Virus record (IMG/VR): IMGVR_UViG_3300020215_000876
Coordinates: 1-50,390 of that record
DNA length: 50,390 bases
Direction: 5' to 3' (one strand)
Source of the DNA: a virus
Taxonomy: Duplodnaviria > Caudoviricetes
The notes under the pieces are model-generated. The model saw nothing but the letters and a program-made list of their open reading frames with translations, was not told the DNA's origin and ran no database searches. Positions 16,684-25,373 of the stretch are shown here, one piece after another. The stretch's first letter is position 1. Each line of letters opens with the position of its first letter. The position numbers were made by a program, and so were the translations under genes.

Positions 16684-17945
16684 TTCACCACGGCGATCTG
16701 TTCACCGTGCTACCGGCGGTTCCGGCTGATTACTACGACGCCTGTGTCACCGATCCGCCCTATGGCATCGGCTTCATGGGGAAAGAGTGGGACACGTTCA
16801 AGCCGGGCGCCGTGAAGCAGGCGCACCGTCTGGTGAAGGCCGAGCCGATTGTCTCGGTCAACCCGAACATCAACGGTCGGCGGAGGTCGCCAGCAATTTC
16901 TCCAAGCCAAGTCGAATATGACTACACCGTCGAAGGATTGCGCGGTTTTCAACACTGGACCGAGCAATGGGCGCGCCAGGTGTTCAGGGTGCTCAAACCT
17001 GGCGCCTACATCGTTGTGTGCTGCGCGCCGCGGTCCTATCACCGCATGGCATGCGGGCTCGAGGACGCCGGCTTCGTCATCCGAGACAAGTTCTCGTGGC
17101 TGTTCGGCTCAGGGTTCCCCAAGAATCTGAATCTCGGAGACGGGCGCGGCACGGCGCTGAAACCAGCGCACGAGCCGATCGCGCTGGCGTGGAAGCCGTT
17201 CAAGGGCAGCATCACCGCTAACGTCGCGAAGCACGGCACAGGGGCGCTGAACATCGACGCGTGCCGGTTGGAACCCGGCGATGACGGTGATCGGACGGGC
17301 GAACCCAGCGCCGAACGAGGCTACACGGATAGCGGCTCGACAGACTTCGCACCGACACCGGGACCGCGCGGCGGTTCACCGCTGGGCCGCTGGCCCGCCA
17401 ACGTCATCATTGACGACGTCGCCGCGGCCGCGATCGATGAACAGACCGGCGAACTGGTCAGCGGCGCCAACCCGACCCGGCGCAGCGCGGATAAGTTCCG
17501 CGACGCGTACGGTGCCTTTAAGGGTCAGGAAGAGTGCGACGCCGCCCGCGGGCTCGACATTGGCGGTGCGTCACGCTTCTACTACGTAGCCAAGCCCTCG
17601 CGCGAAGAGCGCGACATGGGCTGCTACGACCTGACGCCGCGTCAGCGAGACGAATCGCGCAAGGAAGGCAATCCCGGCGGCGATAACCCGCGCAATCGTG
17701 GGCTGCAACCGCGCGGCAACTTTCACCCCACCGTTAAGCCGATCGCGCTGATGCGCTATCTGGTGCGCCTGGTCACGCCGCCAGGCGGCCGCGTGCTCGA
17801 TCCGTTCGGTGGCAGCGGCACTACGGCGTGCGCATGCGTCTACGAACAGCGCGAGTGGGACGTCATCGAGAAGGAAGCCGAATACATCGAGTTGATCAAG
17901 CGGCGCGTTCATGCTGTCGCGCCGCTGTTTACGGAGGCGGTCTAA
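16680..17945 (+). CDS. DNA N6-adenine/N4-cytosine methyltransferase (beta class)
   Basis: TDPPYG, HPTVKP, VLDPFGGSGTT. Confidence 0.93.
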   Translation: MIHHGDLFTVLPAVPADYYDACVTDPPYGIGFMGKEWDTFKPGAVKQAHRLVKAEPIVSVNPNINGRRRSPAISPSQVEYDYTVEGLRGFQHWTEQWARQVFRVLKPGAYIVVCCAPRSYHRMACGLEDAGFVIRDKFSWLFGSGFPKNLNLGDGRGTALKPAHEPIALAWKPFKGSITANVAKHGTGALNIDACRLEPGDDGDRTGEPSAERGYTDSGSTDFAPTPGPRGGSPLGRWPANVIIDDVAAAAIDEQTGELVSGANPTRRSADKFRDAYGAFKGQEECDAARGLDIGGASRFYYVAKPSREERDMGCYDLTPRQRDESRKEGNPGGDNPRNRGLQPRGNFHPTVKPIALMRYLVRLVTPPGGRVLDPFGGSGTTACACVYEQREWDVIEKEAEYIELIKRRVHAVAPLFTEAV

Positions 17946-17983
17946 CCATGCGTGCCCTCTACCGCTGGAAGGCGGCGGCATGA

Positions 17984-19141
17984 ATGGCGGCCTACTACAA
18001 CGAGTTCGATCGCTATGCCGCGGCCTGGCTGCGCGAACTCATCAAGGCGGGGTTGATCGCTGATGGTGAAGTCGATGAGCGCTCAATTGTCGATGTTCGA
18101 GCCGACGACATCCGAGGCTTCACCCAATGCCACTTCTTCGCCGGCATTGGTGGATGGTCGTACGCCCTCCGACTCTCTGGTTGGGCCGATGAGCGGCACG
18201 TCTGGACCGGCAGTTGTCCCTGTCAACCGTTTAGCGCCGCGGGGAAAGGCGATGGCGCCGCCGATTCGCGCCACCTTTGGCCTACGTGGTTCGAGCTCAT
18301 ACGCGAGTGCCGCCCTCCAGTCGTCTTTGGCGAACAGGTTGCGAGCGCGGATGGACTTGGATGGCTCGATCGTGTTTCGACTGACATGGAAGCAACGGGT
18401 TACGCCGTCGCATCGGCGGATCTGTGCGCTGCGAGCGTCGGCGCATTCCACATTCGACAGCGGCTGTACTTCGTGGCCGACACCGAACGCGGGGCCACAG
18501 AACGACGGCGATTCGACCTGGCGGCAGCGGCGCGAAGTGCTCAAAGCGCAACACCGGAACGGCAACGGGTTCGGCCTGACGCTGGGGATGGCCGCGCAGT
18601 TATCGGCCTGGCCGACTCCGAATACGCCGAGCGGCGGCAGGTCCGTGTCCATCGAGAAGATGGACGCGACGGGGCGGATGGTAGACGGTCGCAAGCATAC
18701 GGCGAGCCTGGAACACGCGGCGAAGTTTGCAGCGTGGCGATCGCCGAACGCCTCAGATCAAAAGATGCGCTGCACCAGCGAGGCGATGTATCAGCGGAGA
18801 CGGCAAGCCAATCGGCAAGTGACGCTGGAGGAGCAAGCCTGTCTCGCGGCGTGGCAGTCACCGACGAGCGGGGATGCGAAGTCTCGGACGTACCAGTACG
18901 ACAACCACGACAAGACGAAGCCGCGGTTATCGAACGAGGGGCAGGTTTCTGGCGCACCGCAGATTGGATTCCCTGCGCCGACGGCAAATGGCGGCCAGTT
19001 GAACCCGGCACATTCCCGCTGGCTCATGGGATACCCGGCCGTGTGGGACGACTGCGCGGTTATGGCAATGCCATCGTCCCGCAGGTCGCCCAGGCGTTCA
19101 TCGAAGCCTATCTCGACGCCCGAGGACAAGTAGATGCGTGA
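17984..19141 (+). CDS. DNA C5-cytosine methyltransferase, alpha chain
   Basis: FFAGIGG (motif I), SCPCQPFS (IV), GEQV (VI), HIRQRLYFV (VIII), RLRGYGNAIVP (X). Confidence 0.9.
   Translation: MAAYYNEFDRYAAAWLRELIKAGLIADGEVDERSIVDVRADDIRGFTQCHFFAGIGGWSYALRLSGWADERHVWTGSCPCQPFSAAGKGDGAADSRHLWPTWFELIRECRPPVVFGEQVASADGLGWLDRVSTDMEATGYAVASADLCAASVGAFHIRQRLYFVADTERGATERRRFDLAAAARSAQSATPERQRVRPDAGDGRAVIGLADSEYAERRQVRVHREDGRDGADGRRSQAYGEPGTRGEVCSVAIAERLRSKDALHQRGDVSAETASQSASDAGGASLSRGVAVTDERGCEVSDVPVRQPRQDEAAVIERGAGFWRTADWIPCADGKWRPVEPGTFPLAHGIPGRVGRLRGYGNAIVPQVAQAFIEAYLDARGQVDA
18075..19133 (+). CDS. Overlapping +1-frame protein, probable beta chain of the C5 methyltransferase
   Basis: About 350 open codons nested in the MTase gene; WPTP/WRSP/WQSP repeats and GQLNPAHSRWLMGYP (motif IX-like). 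Start at 18063 or 18075. Confidence 0.7.
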   Translation: MSAQLSMFEPTTSEASPNATSSPALVDGRTPSDSLVGPMSGTSGPAVVPVNRLAPRGKAMAPPIRATFGLRGSSSYASAALQSSLANRLRARMDLDGSIVFRLTWKQRVTPSHRRICALRASAHSTFDSGCTSWPTPNAGPQNDGDSTWRQRREVLKAQHRNGNGFGLTLGMAAQLSAWPTPNTPSGGRSVSIEKMDATGRMVDGRKHTASLEHAAKFAAWRSPNASDQKMRCTSEAMYQRRRQANRQVTLEEQACLAAWQSPTSGDAKSRTYQYDNHDKTKPRLSNEGQVSGAPQIGFPAPTANGGQLNPAHSRWLMGYPAVWDDCAVMAMPSSRRSPRRSSKPISTPEDK

Positions 19142-19260
19142 ACTCCTCGACGTCTTCGCCCTCGTCTTCGGGGGTGATCAGTCTGGTGGCGATCGGATTG
19201 TTGGGATTGGCGGCCGTCGCCTTTGCCGTCGTGAAGCATGACGAGGATGGAGAACTGTAG

Positions 19261-19452
19261 ATGACCGCGGAATCGTTCCTGGTGCTGATCTTCGGCATGG
19301 TCTGTGGGGGCTTCTTGGGCTACGTGTCCGCGTGGCGACTCGCCCGTCGTCTTGAGCATCACGGCGTGGCGTTGTGGAAGTGGGATGAGCCGATCGATCT
19401 GGCGGCCCCACGGACGAAGGCGAAACCGATCGACTTGGGGAGCCGACGATGA
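19261..19452 (+). CDS. Small membrane protein
   Basis: N-terminal TM helix, GGAG SD. Confidence 0.65.
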   Translation: MTAESFLVLIFGMVCGGFLGYVSAWRLARRLEHHGVALWKWDEPIDLAAPRTKAKPIDLGSRR

Positions 19453-19907
19453 AGACACGGCAGCCCAGCCTGTTGGATGCCCCGGAGAGTTCCACCGGGG
19501 CGCAACCGAGCGCGACCAGTGCTGAGGATGCCGCCAGCCGCCTGAAAGCGTCCGAGCGCCTCGTAGGACTGCTCGCGCGGTATCACCAGCAACGGTTGGC
19601 GGCGATCCACGTGCCCGCCGGGGTGATCGACGTCAAGTTCAACGCCAACGGGTTTGCCGGTGACCCGCCCGACCAGATCGAGTACCTGATCGAGCGCCTA
19701 CGGCGATGGACGCTGGCGACGAACTACTCGCACTACTCGCGGTGCGCGGACGGGATCACGATGTTCTCCGGGAACTTTGACGAATATTCGGCGGCGTTTC
19801 AGGTGGATGTGGCGACCGGCTCGGAGGCCGATCAATTACTGACGGCGCTGATGCACGACAACGCCGGATGGCAGGCCACGCGGCCGAAGTTGGTCAAGGC
19901 GAGTTAG
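19449..19907 (+). CDS. Hypothetical protein
   Basis: ATGA coupling, high GC3. Confidence 0.75.
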   Translation: MKTRQPSLLDAPESSTGAQPSATSAEDAASRLKASERLVGLLARYHQQRLAAIHVPAGVIDVKFNANGFAGDPPDQIEYLIERLRRWTLATNYSHYSRCADGITMFSGNFDEYSAAFQVDVATGSEADQLLTALMHDNAGWQATRPKLVKAS

Positions 19908-19933
19908 CAGACGAGGAAAGCGAGCGTAACCCG

Positions 19934-20140
19934 ATGACAGCGAACGAACGAGCAGCAGCGAAGTTAGAGCTGGAGGCGCTGAAAGCCGACATCAGGGCGT
20001 GCACGCCACCGAGTCAGTGCGCCTATGTGTTCGGGGCGATCTTCCCGCTGATTCATCAGCGGATCATCAAACTCGCGGACGGCAACCAAGCCTCAACGCA
20101 GTCCAGCGGTGACCACCGTGGGAGCGCAGCGCAGAAATGA
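19934..20140 (+). CDS. Hypothetical protein
   Basis: Helical ORF coupled to the next gene. Confidence 0.55.
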   Translation: MTANERAAAKLELEALKADIRACTPPSQCAYVFGAIFPLIHQRIIKLADGNQASTQSSGDHRGSAAQK

Positions 20141-20346
20141 AAGCCTCTAATTCATCTCCCTCGCCTCGCCGGACGAGCGGATCGAGGTATCGGGTCGAAC
20201 GCGTGCCCGGACTCGACAGCTGGCAGCTGCTAGACGAGAGAAGGAGTATCTGGGTCGGAACGATCTTCAGAGTCGGAGACGCCCGACAGATCTGCCGGTT
20301 ACTGAATACCTCCCCGGATCGAGGACGGAGAAAGGCCAAAGCATGA
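20137..20346 (+). CDS. Hypothetical protein
   Basis: ATGA coupling at both ends; atypical codon usage. Confidence 0.5.
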   Translation: MKASNSSPSPRRTSGSRYRVERVPGLDSWQLLDERRSIWVGTIFRVGDARQICRLLNTSPDRGRRKAKA

Positions 20347-20621
20347 GGGAGCGCACAGGCGCCACGGCGGTCGTGGGAGTCTCCGTTTCAGCAACAGGTC
20401 AGCTATCGCACGACGGATCAAGAAAATTGGTCGTCGGGGACGACGTGCGCTGGAACGGACTCAAGTATCGCGCGATCGGGCGGCATCGCCGCGACGGCGT
20501 AGTCGTGTGGGCGCTACTACGAAAGCATGGTCGCAAATGGATCGGATGCGTCGTGGAGGAGTCAGAGGTGACGAGATGGGCAGCGCGAAATGCAAACAGT
20601 GCGGGACGGACAAGGTGTTGA
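20343..20621 (+). CDS. Hypothetical protein
   Basis: ATGA coupling, GGAG SD. Confidence 0.5.
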   Translation: MRERTGATAVVGVSVSATGQLSHDGSRKLVVGDDVRWNGLKYRAIGRHRRDGVVVWALLRKHGRKWIGCVVEESEVTRWAARNANSAGRTRC

Positions 20622-20794
20622 TGACTTTCGGGTTTGCCGGTCAAGACATGGAATGTCCGCATGGGCCTTGGGGAGACAAAACGCACGGTGATGATCCGTG
20701 TTCCCTGGGCTGGGCCGTGGCGATCCTGATTCTGTTGAGCTTGGTGTGGTTGGTGTGGGGCATCGTCGCCGCGTGGATACACGTCGCGCAGTAG
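20576..20794 (+). CDS. Small CxxC protein with C-terminal TM helix
   Basis: GAGG SD; CKQC; LGWAVAILILLSLVWLVWGIVAAW. Confidence 0.55.
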   Translation: MGSAKCKQCGTDKVLMTFGFAGQDMECPHGPWGDKTHGDDPCSLGWAVAILILLSLVWLVWGIVAAWIHVAQ

Positions 20795-20799
20795 ACGGC

Positions 20800-21330
20800 A
20801 TGAGGATTGGCTACGCCGACCCGCCATACATCGGTTGCGCGCACCTATACGCCGATCAGCCGACGTATGCCGGGGAGGTGGATCACGCGCAGTTGATTGA
20901 CCGTCTCCAGCGAGAGTTCGACGGCTGGGTGTTGCACGCCGCTGCAACACCGACCTCCATGGCGACGATCGCGGCGCTGGTGGAACACACCGGAGCCAGA
21001 TGGTGCGCGTGGGTGAAGGGGTTCGCCGCGTTCAAGAAGAACGTCAGTGTGGCGTACGCGTGGGAGCCGGTCATTATCAAAGCGGCTCGCAAGCCAGTCG
21101 TCAGCGGTCGCATCGTGATGCGCGATTGGATTCAGGAGTCCATCACCCTCCAGCGCGGGTTGACCGGCGCCAAGCCGGAGCGCGTCTGCCATTGGGCATT
21201 CGAGCTTGTCGGGGCCGAGCCCTCGGATGAATTGATTGACCTGTATCCGGGCACCGGCGCCGTGTCCCGCGCGTGGCGGACATGGCGACAGCAGCCAGAA
21301 CTGCAAATTTCCTCAATGGGTGAGCGATGA
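20800..21330 (+). CDS. Compact amino-methyltransferase-like protein
   Basis: YADPPY and DLYPGTGAV within 176 aa. Confidence 0.75.
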   Translation: MRIGYADPPYIGCAHLYADQPTYAGEVDHAQLIDRLQREFDGWVLHAAATPTSMATIAALVEHTGARWCAWVKGFAAFKKNVSVAYAWEPVIIKAARKPVVSGRIVMRDWIQESITLQRGLTGAKPERVCHWAFELVGAEPSDELIDLYPGTGAVSRAWRTWRQQPELQISSMGER

Positions 21331-21563
21331 CACACGACGACGAGCCGCAGACGATCCGGGTTGGCGTGACCGTCACTTGCACGGTCTGCGGTGGCATGAA
21401 GAAACCAATCGGCCGGGCGGCGCCCGCTGCTGCGTTCTATTGCGACGACGACTGCGAGGGCTATCGCCAGCCGCCCTTTCCGGGATCACTGTGGCCCGGT
21501 GAACGGTCGGACGAGTTCGGGTATCCCGTCAGCAAGGACGGAACGAAAGAGGTTAAACCGTGA
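21327..21563 (+). CDS. Small Cys-rich protein
   Basis: CTVC...CDDDC; coupled to both neighbours. Confidence 0.7.
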   Translation: MTHDDEPQTIRVGVTVTCTVCGGMKKPIGRAAPAAAFYCDDDCEGYRQPPFPGSLWPGERSDEFGYPVSKDGTKEVKP

Positions 21564-22324
21564 GCGAGCAGACGATCCGGGAGATCGCGAGACAGGCGGC
21601 ACAGCAGGCGGCAGTGAGCGCATGGGGCATCGATCCGCCCTACTGGACAGAGCAGCACGATTCTGTGGCCGATGCCGTCGCCGTGGCGGTGCTGCAAGCG
21701 GCACGCGCTCGGTTCTCGGATCTGGACTTCGGTGAGGAGATTCCGGAGATCAACCGCGTGCTCGAACAGGAATTTGGCTTGGCCGAGTTTCAATCAGTCG
21801 GCGGTGCCTCCGTCTCGTCAGAGCGACAGGAACCGGCCGGTGAATGGGAAGTGGTGCGCGCTGGCCTGACGATGTGCGCGGTTCATATGCTCGCCACGGA
21901 CAAGTGCCCCGATTGCGGCTGGGTGCAGAAGCAGGCCGCCACCTGTCGGCATCAGACGGCGTTGCCACAAGCCGACGGCACCTATCACTGTTTCCCATGC
22001 GGCTCGACGCTTCGCAAGGCCGATCCCCTCCGTCCGGTATCGGGAGGGATCGAACGAGGAGAGGAGCAGCCGCCCACACGCTCGATGGAATGGGGACTCG
22101 GTAATTGCTACATGCTCGCGCGTCGAGAACTGCGCCGCCTTGAGCGAATGGGGTGCAAGGCGGATTCGATGAGCGTCGAACGGTGGCAGCACGTTGTGCG
22201 CATCTGCGAAGAAGCCGGAGCGAAATCCAAAGGTGTGCTGCGAGCCACGCTGCCGACCGAATATACCGAGGAGTCGCCAGCCTCGGGAGCGGAGAGCGAG
22301 ACGCCCGACGAAAGGGAGCAGTGA
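21560..22324 (+). CDS. Mosaic hypothetical protein
   Basis: GTGA coupling, GAGG SD; several Cys clusters. Confidence 0.65.
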   Translation: MSEQTIREIARQAAQQAAVSAWGIDPPYWTEQHDSVADAVAVAVLQAARARFSDLDFGEEIPEINRVLEQEFGLAEFQSVGGASVSSERQEPAGEWEVVRAGLTMCAVHMLATDKCPDCGWVQKQAATCRHQTALPQADGTYHCFPCGSTLRKADPLRPVSGGIERGEEQPPTRSMEWGLGNCYMLARRELRRLERMGCKADSMSVERWQHVVRICEEAGAKSKGVLRATLPTEYTEESPASGAESETPDEREQ

Positions 22325-22485
22325 TGTTTTACGAACTTCAACGCGTGAAGCGTTACCGTCGATGGAAGCGCCCGTTTGCCCGCACGGCACTGATCGTCTT
22401 GGCCGTCATTGGTCTACCGGCGTTGGTCATTGAACTGCTCACCGAACTCGGTGCGGACGTGATTCACGAATGGGGGCAGCGATGA
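22324..22485 (+). CDS. Small membrane protein
   Basis: TGATG coupling; basic segment followed by a TM helix. Confidence 0.6.
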   Translation: MFYELQRVKRYRRWKRPFARTALIVLAVIGLPALVIELLTELGADVIHEWGQR

Positions 22486-23108
22486 AGGCCGATCGCGTTC
22501 TCTCTCAGGGGGGATCACGATCGGTCGAAGAGGCGAGGCGTGGGTGGTTGTTCCGGTGCGAGAGCATCGCGCAGGCCACGCCGCGAGAGTGGGGCGCATT
22601 AGACCAACGGTATTACGACGCCGGTCTTGAAGTCATCGATGCCATTGCCGCCGCCGTGCGAGCCGAACAGCCACAGCACAGCGCATCGGTCGCAGAGGCG
22701 ATGCCGCTTGACATGGCCCGGTCGAAGGCGATTCTCGCGCGTAATGCGTGGGCGTCTGAACTGGCCTACCAGTCACGCGAACTCGCGAGATTTGACTTGT
22801 CGAAATTGCAAAAGCTGCGCGACGAAGCGGACGCGGCAATGGACGCCTTTGCTGCCGCCGTGCGAGCCGAGCAGCAGGCCGAGATCGAGCGACTGACGGC
22901 GTTCATCGAAACAGTGACGCCTGTTGCTGAGCGGTTGGCCGCGATGCAAAGCCGCGCCGAATCCGCCGAGCGGGAACGGGACGCCCTCAAGGCGGCACTG
23001 CAAGAGATGCTCGCATCCGCCTACCCCTCGGAGGTCTTACATCCAACCATGTGGGCAGCGTGGGAATCAGCCCGCGCCGCCCTTCGGGGGGCACAGGAGC
23101 AGCCATGA
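22482..23108 (+). CDS. Helical hypothetical protein with an internal repeat
   Basis: DAIAAAVRAEQ and DAFAAAVRAEQ (22638-22670 and 22842-22874). Confidence 0.7.
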   Translation: MKADRVLSQGGSRSVEEARRGWLFRCESIAQATPREWGALDQRYYDAGLEVIDAIAAAVRAEQPQHSASVAEAMPLDMARSKAILARNAWASELAYQSRELARFDLSKLQKLRDEADAAMDAFAAAVRAEQQAEIERLTAFIETVTPVAERLAAMQSRAESAERERDALKAALQEMLASAYPSEVLHPTMWAAWESARAALRGAQEQP

Positions 23109-23398
23109 AGGTCGAGCCGGTGTTCACGGCCAGAACGCGAGGCTGGAGACCCGACGTTCACCTTAACGCGCCAGCAGCAATAACGCATCCAAGGCGGCGT
23201 CGATGGCTCGCTTCATATCAGCGCGAGGCGGCGCGAGCGCACGGCGCGCTTGTTGCGGATGGCGCCGGCGATCACGCGTGTTATCGGTGTTTCCCTGATT
23301 CGGAGCTCGCGAAGGGCTATCGGTTCGTGTGCGTGAAGCACCAACTGGAAGACTTCCTCACTGAGACAGAAGCAAGACCAGCACAGGAGCAGCCATGA
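23105..23398 (+). CDS. Hypothetical protein
   Basis: Starts and ends in a junction repeat; CYRC...CVKH. Confidence 0.65.
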   Translation: MKVEPVFTARTRGWRPDVHLNAPAAITHPRRRRWLASYQREAARAHGALVADGAGDHACYRCFPDSELAKGYRFVCVKHQLEDFLTETEARPAQEQP

Positions 23399-23613
23399 AC
23401 CGCGTAGATCTCTTACGCCACAAACTACGCCACGACGAGCGGTTGGTGGCGCTGGCGGAAGCTGTTGGGAGCGAGAAGGGCCGCGACATCGCGCTCTGTC
23501 ACATGGCCGAAACACTGTGCGAAATCTTTGAAGCCTGCGGGTTTGCGCCAGAAGAATTCGAGACGGTGTTCCGTCTCTTGCGCCATGCGCCGGAGCTGGA
23601 GGAGCAGCCATGA
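23395..23613 (+). CDS. Hypothetical protein
   Basis: Starts and ends in a junction repeat. Confidence 0.7.
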   Translation: MNRVDLLRHKLRHDERLVALAEAVGSEKGRDIALCHMAETLCEIFEACGFAPEEFETVFRLLRHAPELEEQP

Positions 23614-23780
23614 ACCCCGAAGACAACCCCAACGCTTCGCTCGGTGAATTGATTCAGCGGGCGTGGCAACTCGAAATGCAGTTACAGCGACAAGAGCGGC
23701 AAACCGTCGATAGCATCCAAGCCCTTGCCGTGCGCCAGCGGATCGAAACGATCAAACAGCAGTTACAGGAGCAGCCATGA
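23610..23780 (+). CDS. Small coiled-coil protein (56 aa)
   Basis: Starts and ends in a junction repeat; MNPEDNPNASLGELIQRAWQLEMQLQ... Confidence 0.65.
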   Translation: MNPEDNPNASLGELIQRAWQLEMQLQRQERQTVDSIQALAVRQRIETIKQQLQEQP

Positions 23781-23825
23781 CGCAGACGCCGACGTTACCC
23801 TCTCGAAAGCCGAAGGCCGGAAGGA

Positions 23826-23945
23826 TCAGTAAGAGCCGCTGATGACATTCAAGATGGCGTTCACCACCAGCAACCCGAAGCCAACGACGGCAGCCAGCCA
23901 GACCGCGGCGCCGCAAACGTGGATGAACCCTTCCTTGAGTGTCAT
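23826..23945 (-). CDS. Small membrane peptide (moron)
   Basis: MTLKEGFIHVCGAAVWLAAVVGFGLLVVNAILNVISGSY. Confidence 0.5.
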   Translation of the reverse strand: MTLKEGFIHVCGAAVWLAAVVGFGLLVVNAILNVISGSY

Positions 23946-24015
23946 GGCCGTCCTAGCCGTCATCGAAAAAAATCGAACCTCGCCGTGTACGGACGCGACG
24001 ATGAACCTGTTGCTC

Positions 24016-24153
24016 CTAGTGGCCGCCAATGAGGTCAGCGATTCCCTTGAGCGCTAGGAATATCAAGGCTGCCCACGCCGCCAACACAACGATCAAGGCG
24101 CCGAGGTTGAGTAACTGCTCCTTGATTTCAAGGACGACATCCTTGATTTCCAT
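24016..24153 (-). CDS. Small membrane peptide (moron)
   Basis: MEIKDVVLEIKEQLLNLGALIVVLAAWAALIFLALKGIADLIGGH; TGcTAGGAT 5 nt upstream of the ATG. Confidence 0.6.
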   Translation of the reverse strand: MEIKDVVLEIKEQLLNLGALIVVLAAWAALIFLALKGIADLIGGH

Positions 24154-24241
24154 AACCAATCCTAGCAGTCATCGGAAAAACCGAAGGGTCTGCCAGGAGA
24201 TTGCGATCGCGTCGGCGCTGGTGAAAACCAGAGGAACGCGG

Positions 24242-24511
24242 TCAGCCGAACGGTTCGTCGACGGGAGCCTTGAGCGGATCTGGGTCCAGGACGCACAGGA
24301 TCGTTGCGCCTTCGTGCCCGACCACACGGCACTGACGCCATTGTCCGTCGACGCGGAACGGTTTCCCTTGGCGTTCGCCCCACGTCGCCCCGAATTCGAC
24401 CTCCACGTAGCTACCGATCTGCAAGGAGCCTTGGGATCGTACGGCGCGTTCGATGGCCTTGAGCTCGCCGGCACAGATCACCGGTCGGACGGAGAAGTCA
24501 CGGGCGGTCAT
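24242..24511 (-). CDS. Hypothetical protein (moron)
   Basis: Starts 3 nt after the stop of the upstream nuclease gene; beta-rich. Confidence 0.55.
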   Translation of the reverse strand: MTARDFSVRPVICAGELKAIERAVRSQGSLQIGSYVEVEFGATWGERQGKPFRVDGQWRQCRVVGHEGATILCVLDPDPLKAPVDEPFG

Positions 24512-24514
24512 GCG

Positions 24515-25357
24515 TCAGTAGTAATGAAACAGGACCTTCGCAAACGAACTCAAGAAACCATCGATCGCCGCCGAATGGACTACGGCAATCGACCGCGCGT
24601 GGCGATCGCGCACGATGCTCGCGATGTCTGCTGCCGACACGAGCGAGGGCACCTCGTGCACCAAATCCGGCGACACATTATCCTCGAGCCACAACCAGTC
24701 CTGCCTGGTCACAGTTGCGCCGTCTGGTATTCGACCTGTTGCGAGATCGGCATTTGCGAGATTCGCGTCGGTCGTGTACAGGCGTGCAGTAGTAATAATC
24801 ACAGGAATTACAATCACCGAAGTACGTCGTTCGTCCTTCCAGAGCACCTGGTTTTGCGCGAGCATTGCCAGCAACGCGTTGGCACCAGCCTGGGTCTGCG
24901 TGATTGCGTCCCGCAACGATCTAGCCTGCCCCTTCGAGTCTCCTGGCAGATTCGTTTTGACTTCCAACGCCACGTGGTGTGGCGACCAAGACTCGAGTTG
25001 CATAGCGTCCGTCAAAAGGTTTCCATCCTTCGACTCAAAAAGCCGTTCGACTCTGACATAGCGACCGATGTCGCGACGATCGCCGGGCAGTTTCGCGAAA
25101 AGCCAATCGGAATAGGCAGGGTTGACGCGTTTACATTCGCCTACGATCAACGCCCGCCGCAAACACCACGCGAGGACGTCGATGTGCGTCGTGCGGTTAC
25201 GAGCCGAAACTGGAAACTCTGTGTTCACCAAAGCCCAGGCCGCCCCAGCACGGTTAATCGCTTCCGCAATGGTGTGTTGGAACGGATACCCGCTGTCATT
25301 CAGTTCTTTCAACATTCGTTGCTGGTCGATGGTGGGCAGCTCGTCGGGGGTTGACAT
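24515..25357 (-). CDS. PD-(D/E)XK restriction-endonuclease-like protein (moron)
   Basis: SGYPFQ...EFPV...IDVLA...GECK; lower GC; opposite strand to the lytic genes. Confidence 0.75.
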   Translation of the reverse strand: MSTPDELPTIDQQRMLKELNDSGYPFQHTIAEAINRAGAAWALVNTEFPVSARNRTTHIDVLAWCLRRALIVGECKRVNPAYSDWLFAKLPGDRRDIGRYVRVERLFESKDGNLLTDAMQLESWSPHHVALEVKTNLPGDSKGQARSLRDAITQTQAGANALLAMLAQNQVLWKDERRTSVIVIPVIITTARLYTTDANLANADLATGRIPDGATVTRQDWLWLEDNVSPDLVHEVPSLVSAADIASIVRDRHARSIAVVHSAAIDGFLSSFAKVLFHYY

Positions 25358-25359
25358 GA

Positions 25360-25373
25360 AGGGAGATTGTAGG
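25360..25373. promoter_or_regulatory. Dual-use element AGGGAGATTGTAGG, copy 1 (SD on +, TACAAT -10 on -)
   Basis: Lies between divergent starts at 25357 and 25373; exact copy at 27494-27507. Confidence 0.6.

Larger units (their letters stand above)
23091..23780 (+). repeat. Four copies of the gene-junction repeat (GCAC)AGGAGCAGCCATGA
   Basis: 23091-23108, 23381-23398, 23600-23613 and 23765-23780. Confidence 0.9.

Noticed and set aside
23091-23780. Junction repeats as CRISPR repeats or integron attC sites
   Set aside because: The spacers are whole genes of 170-290 nt and the repeats are non-palindromic SD-start sequences; no integron integrase is present.
24029-25354. 441-aa + strand ORF
   Set aside because: Antisense shadow of the reverse-strand nuclease and neighbours; no motifs.
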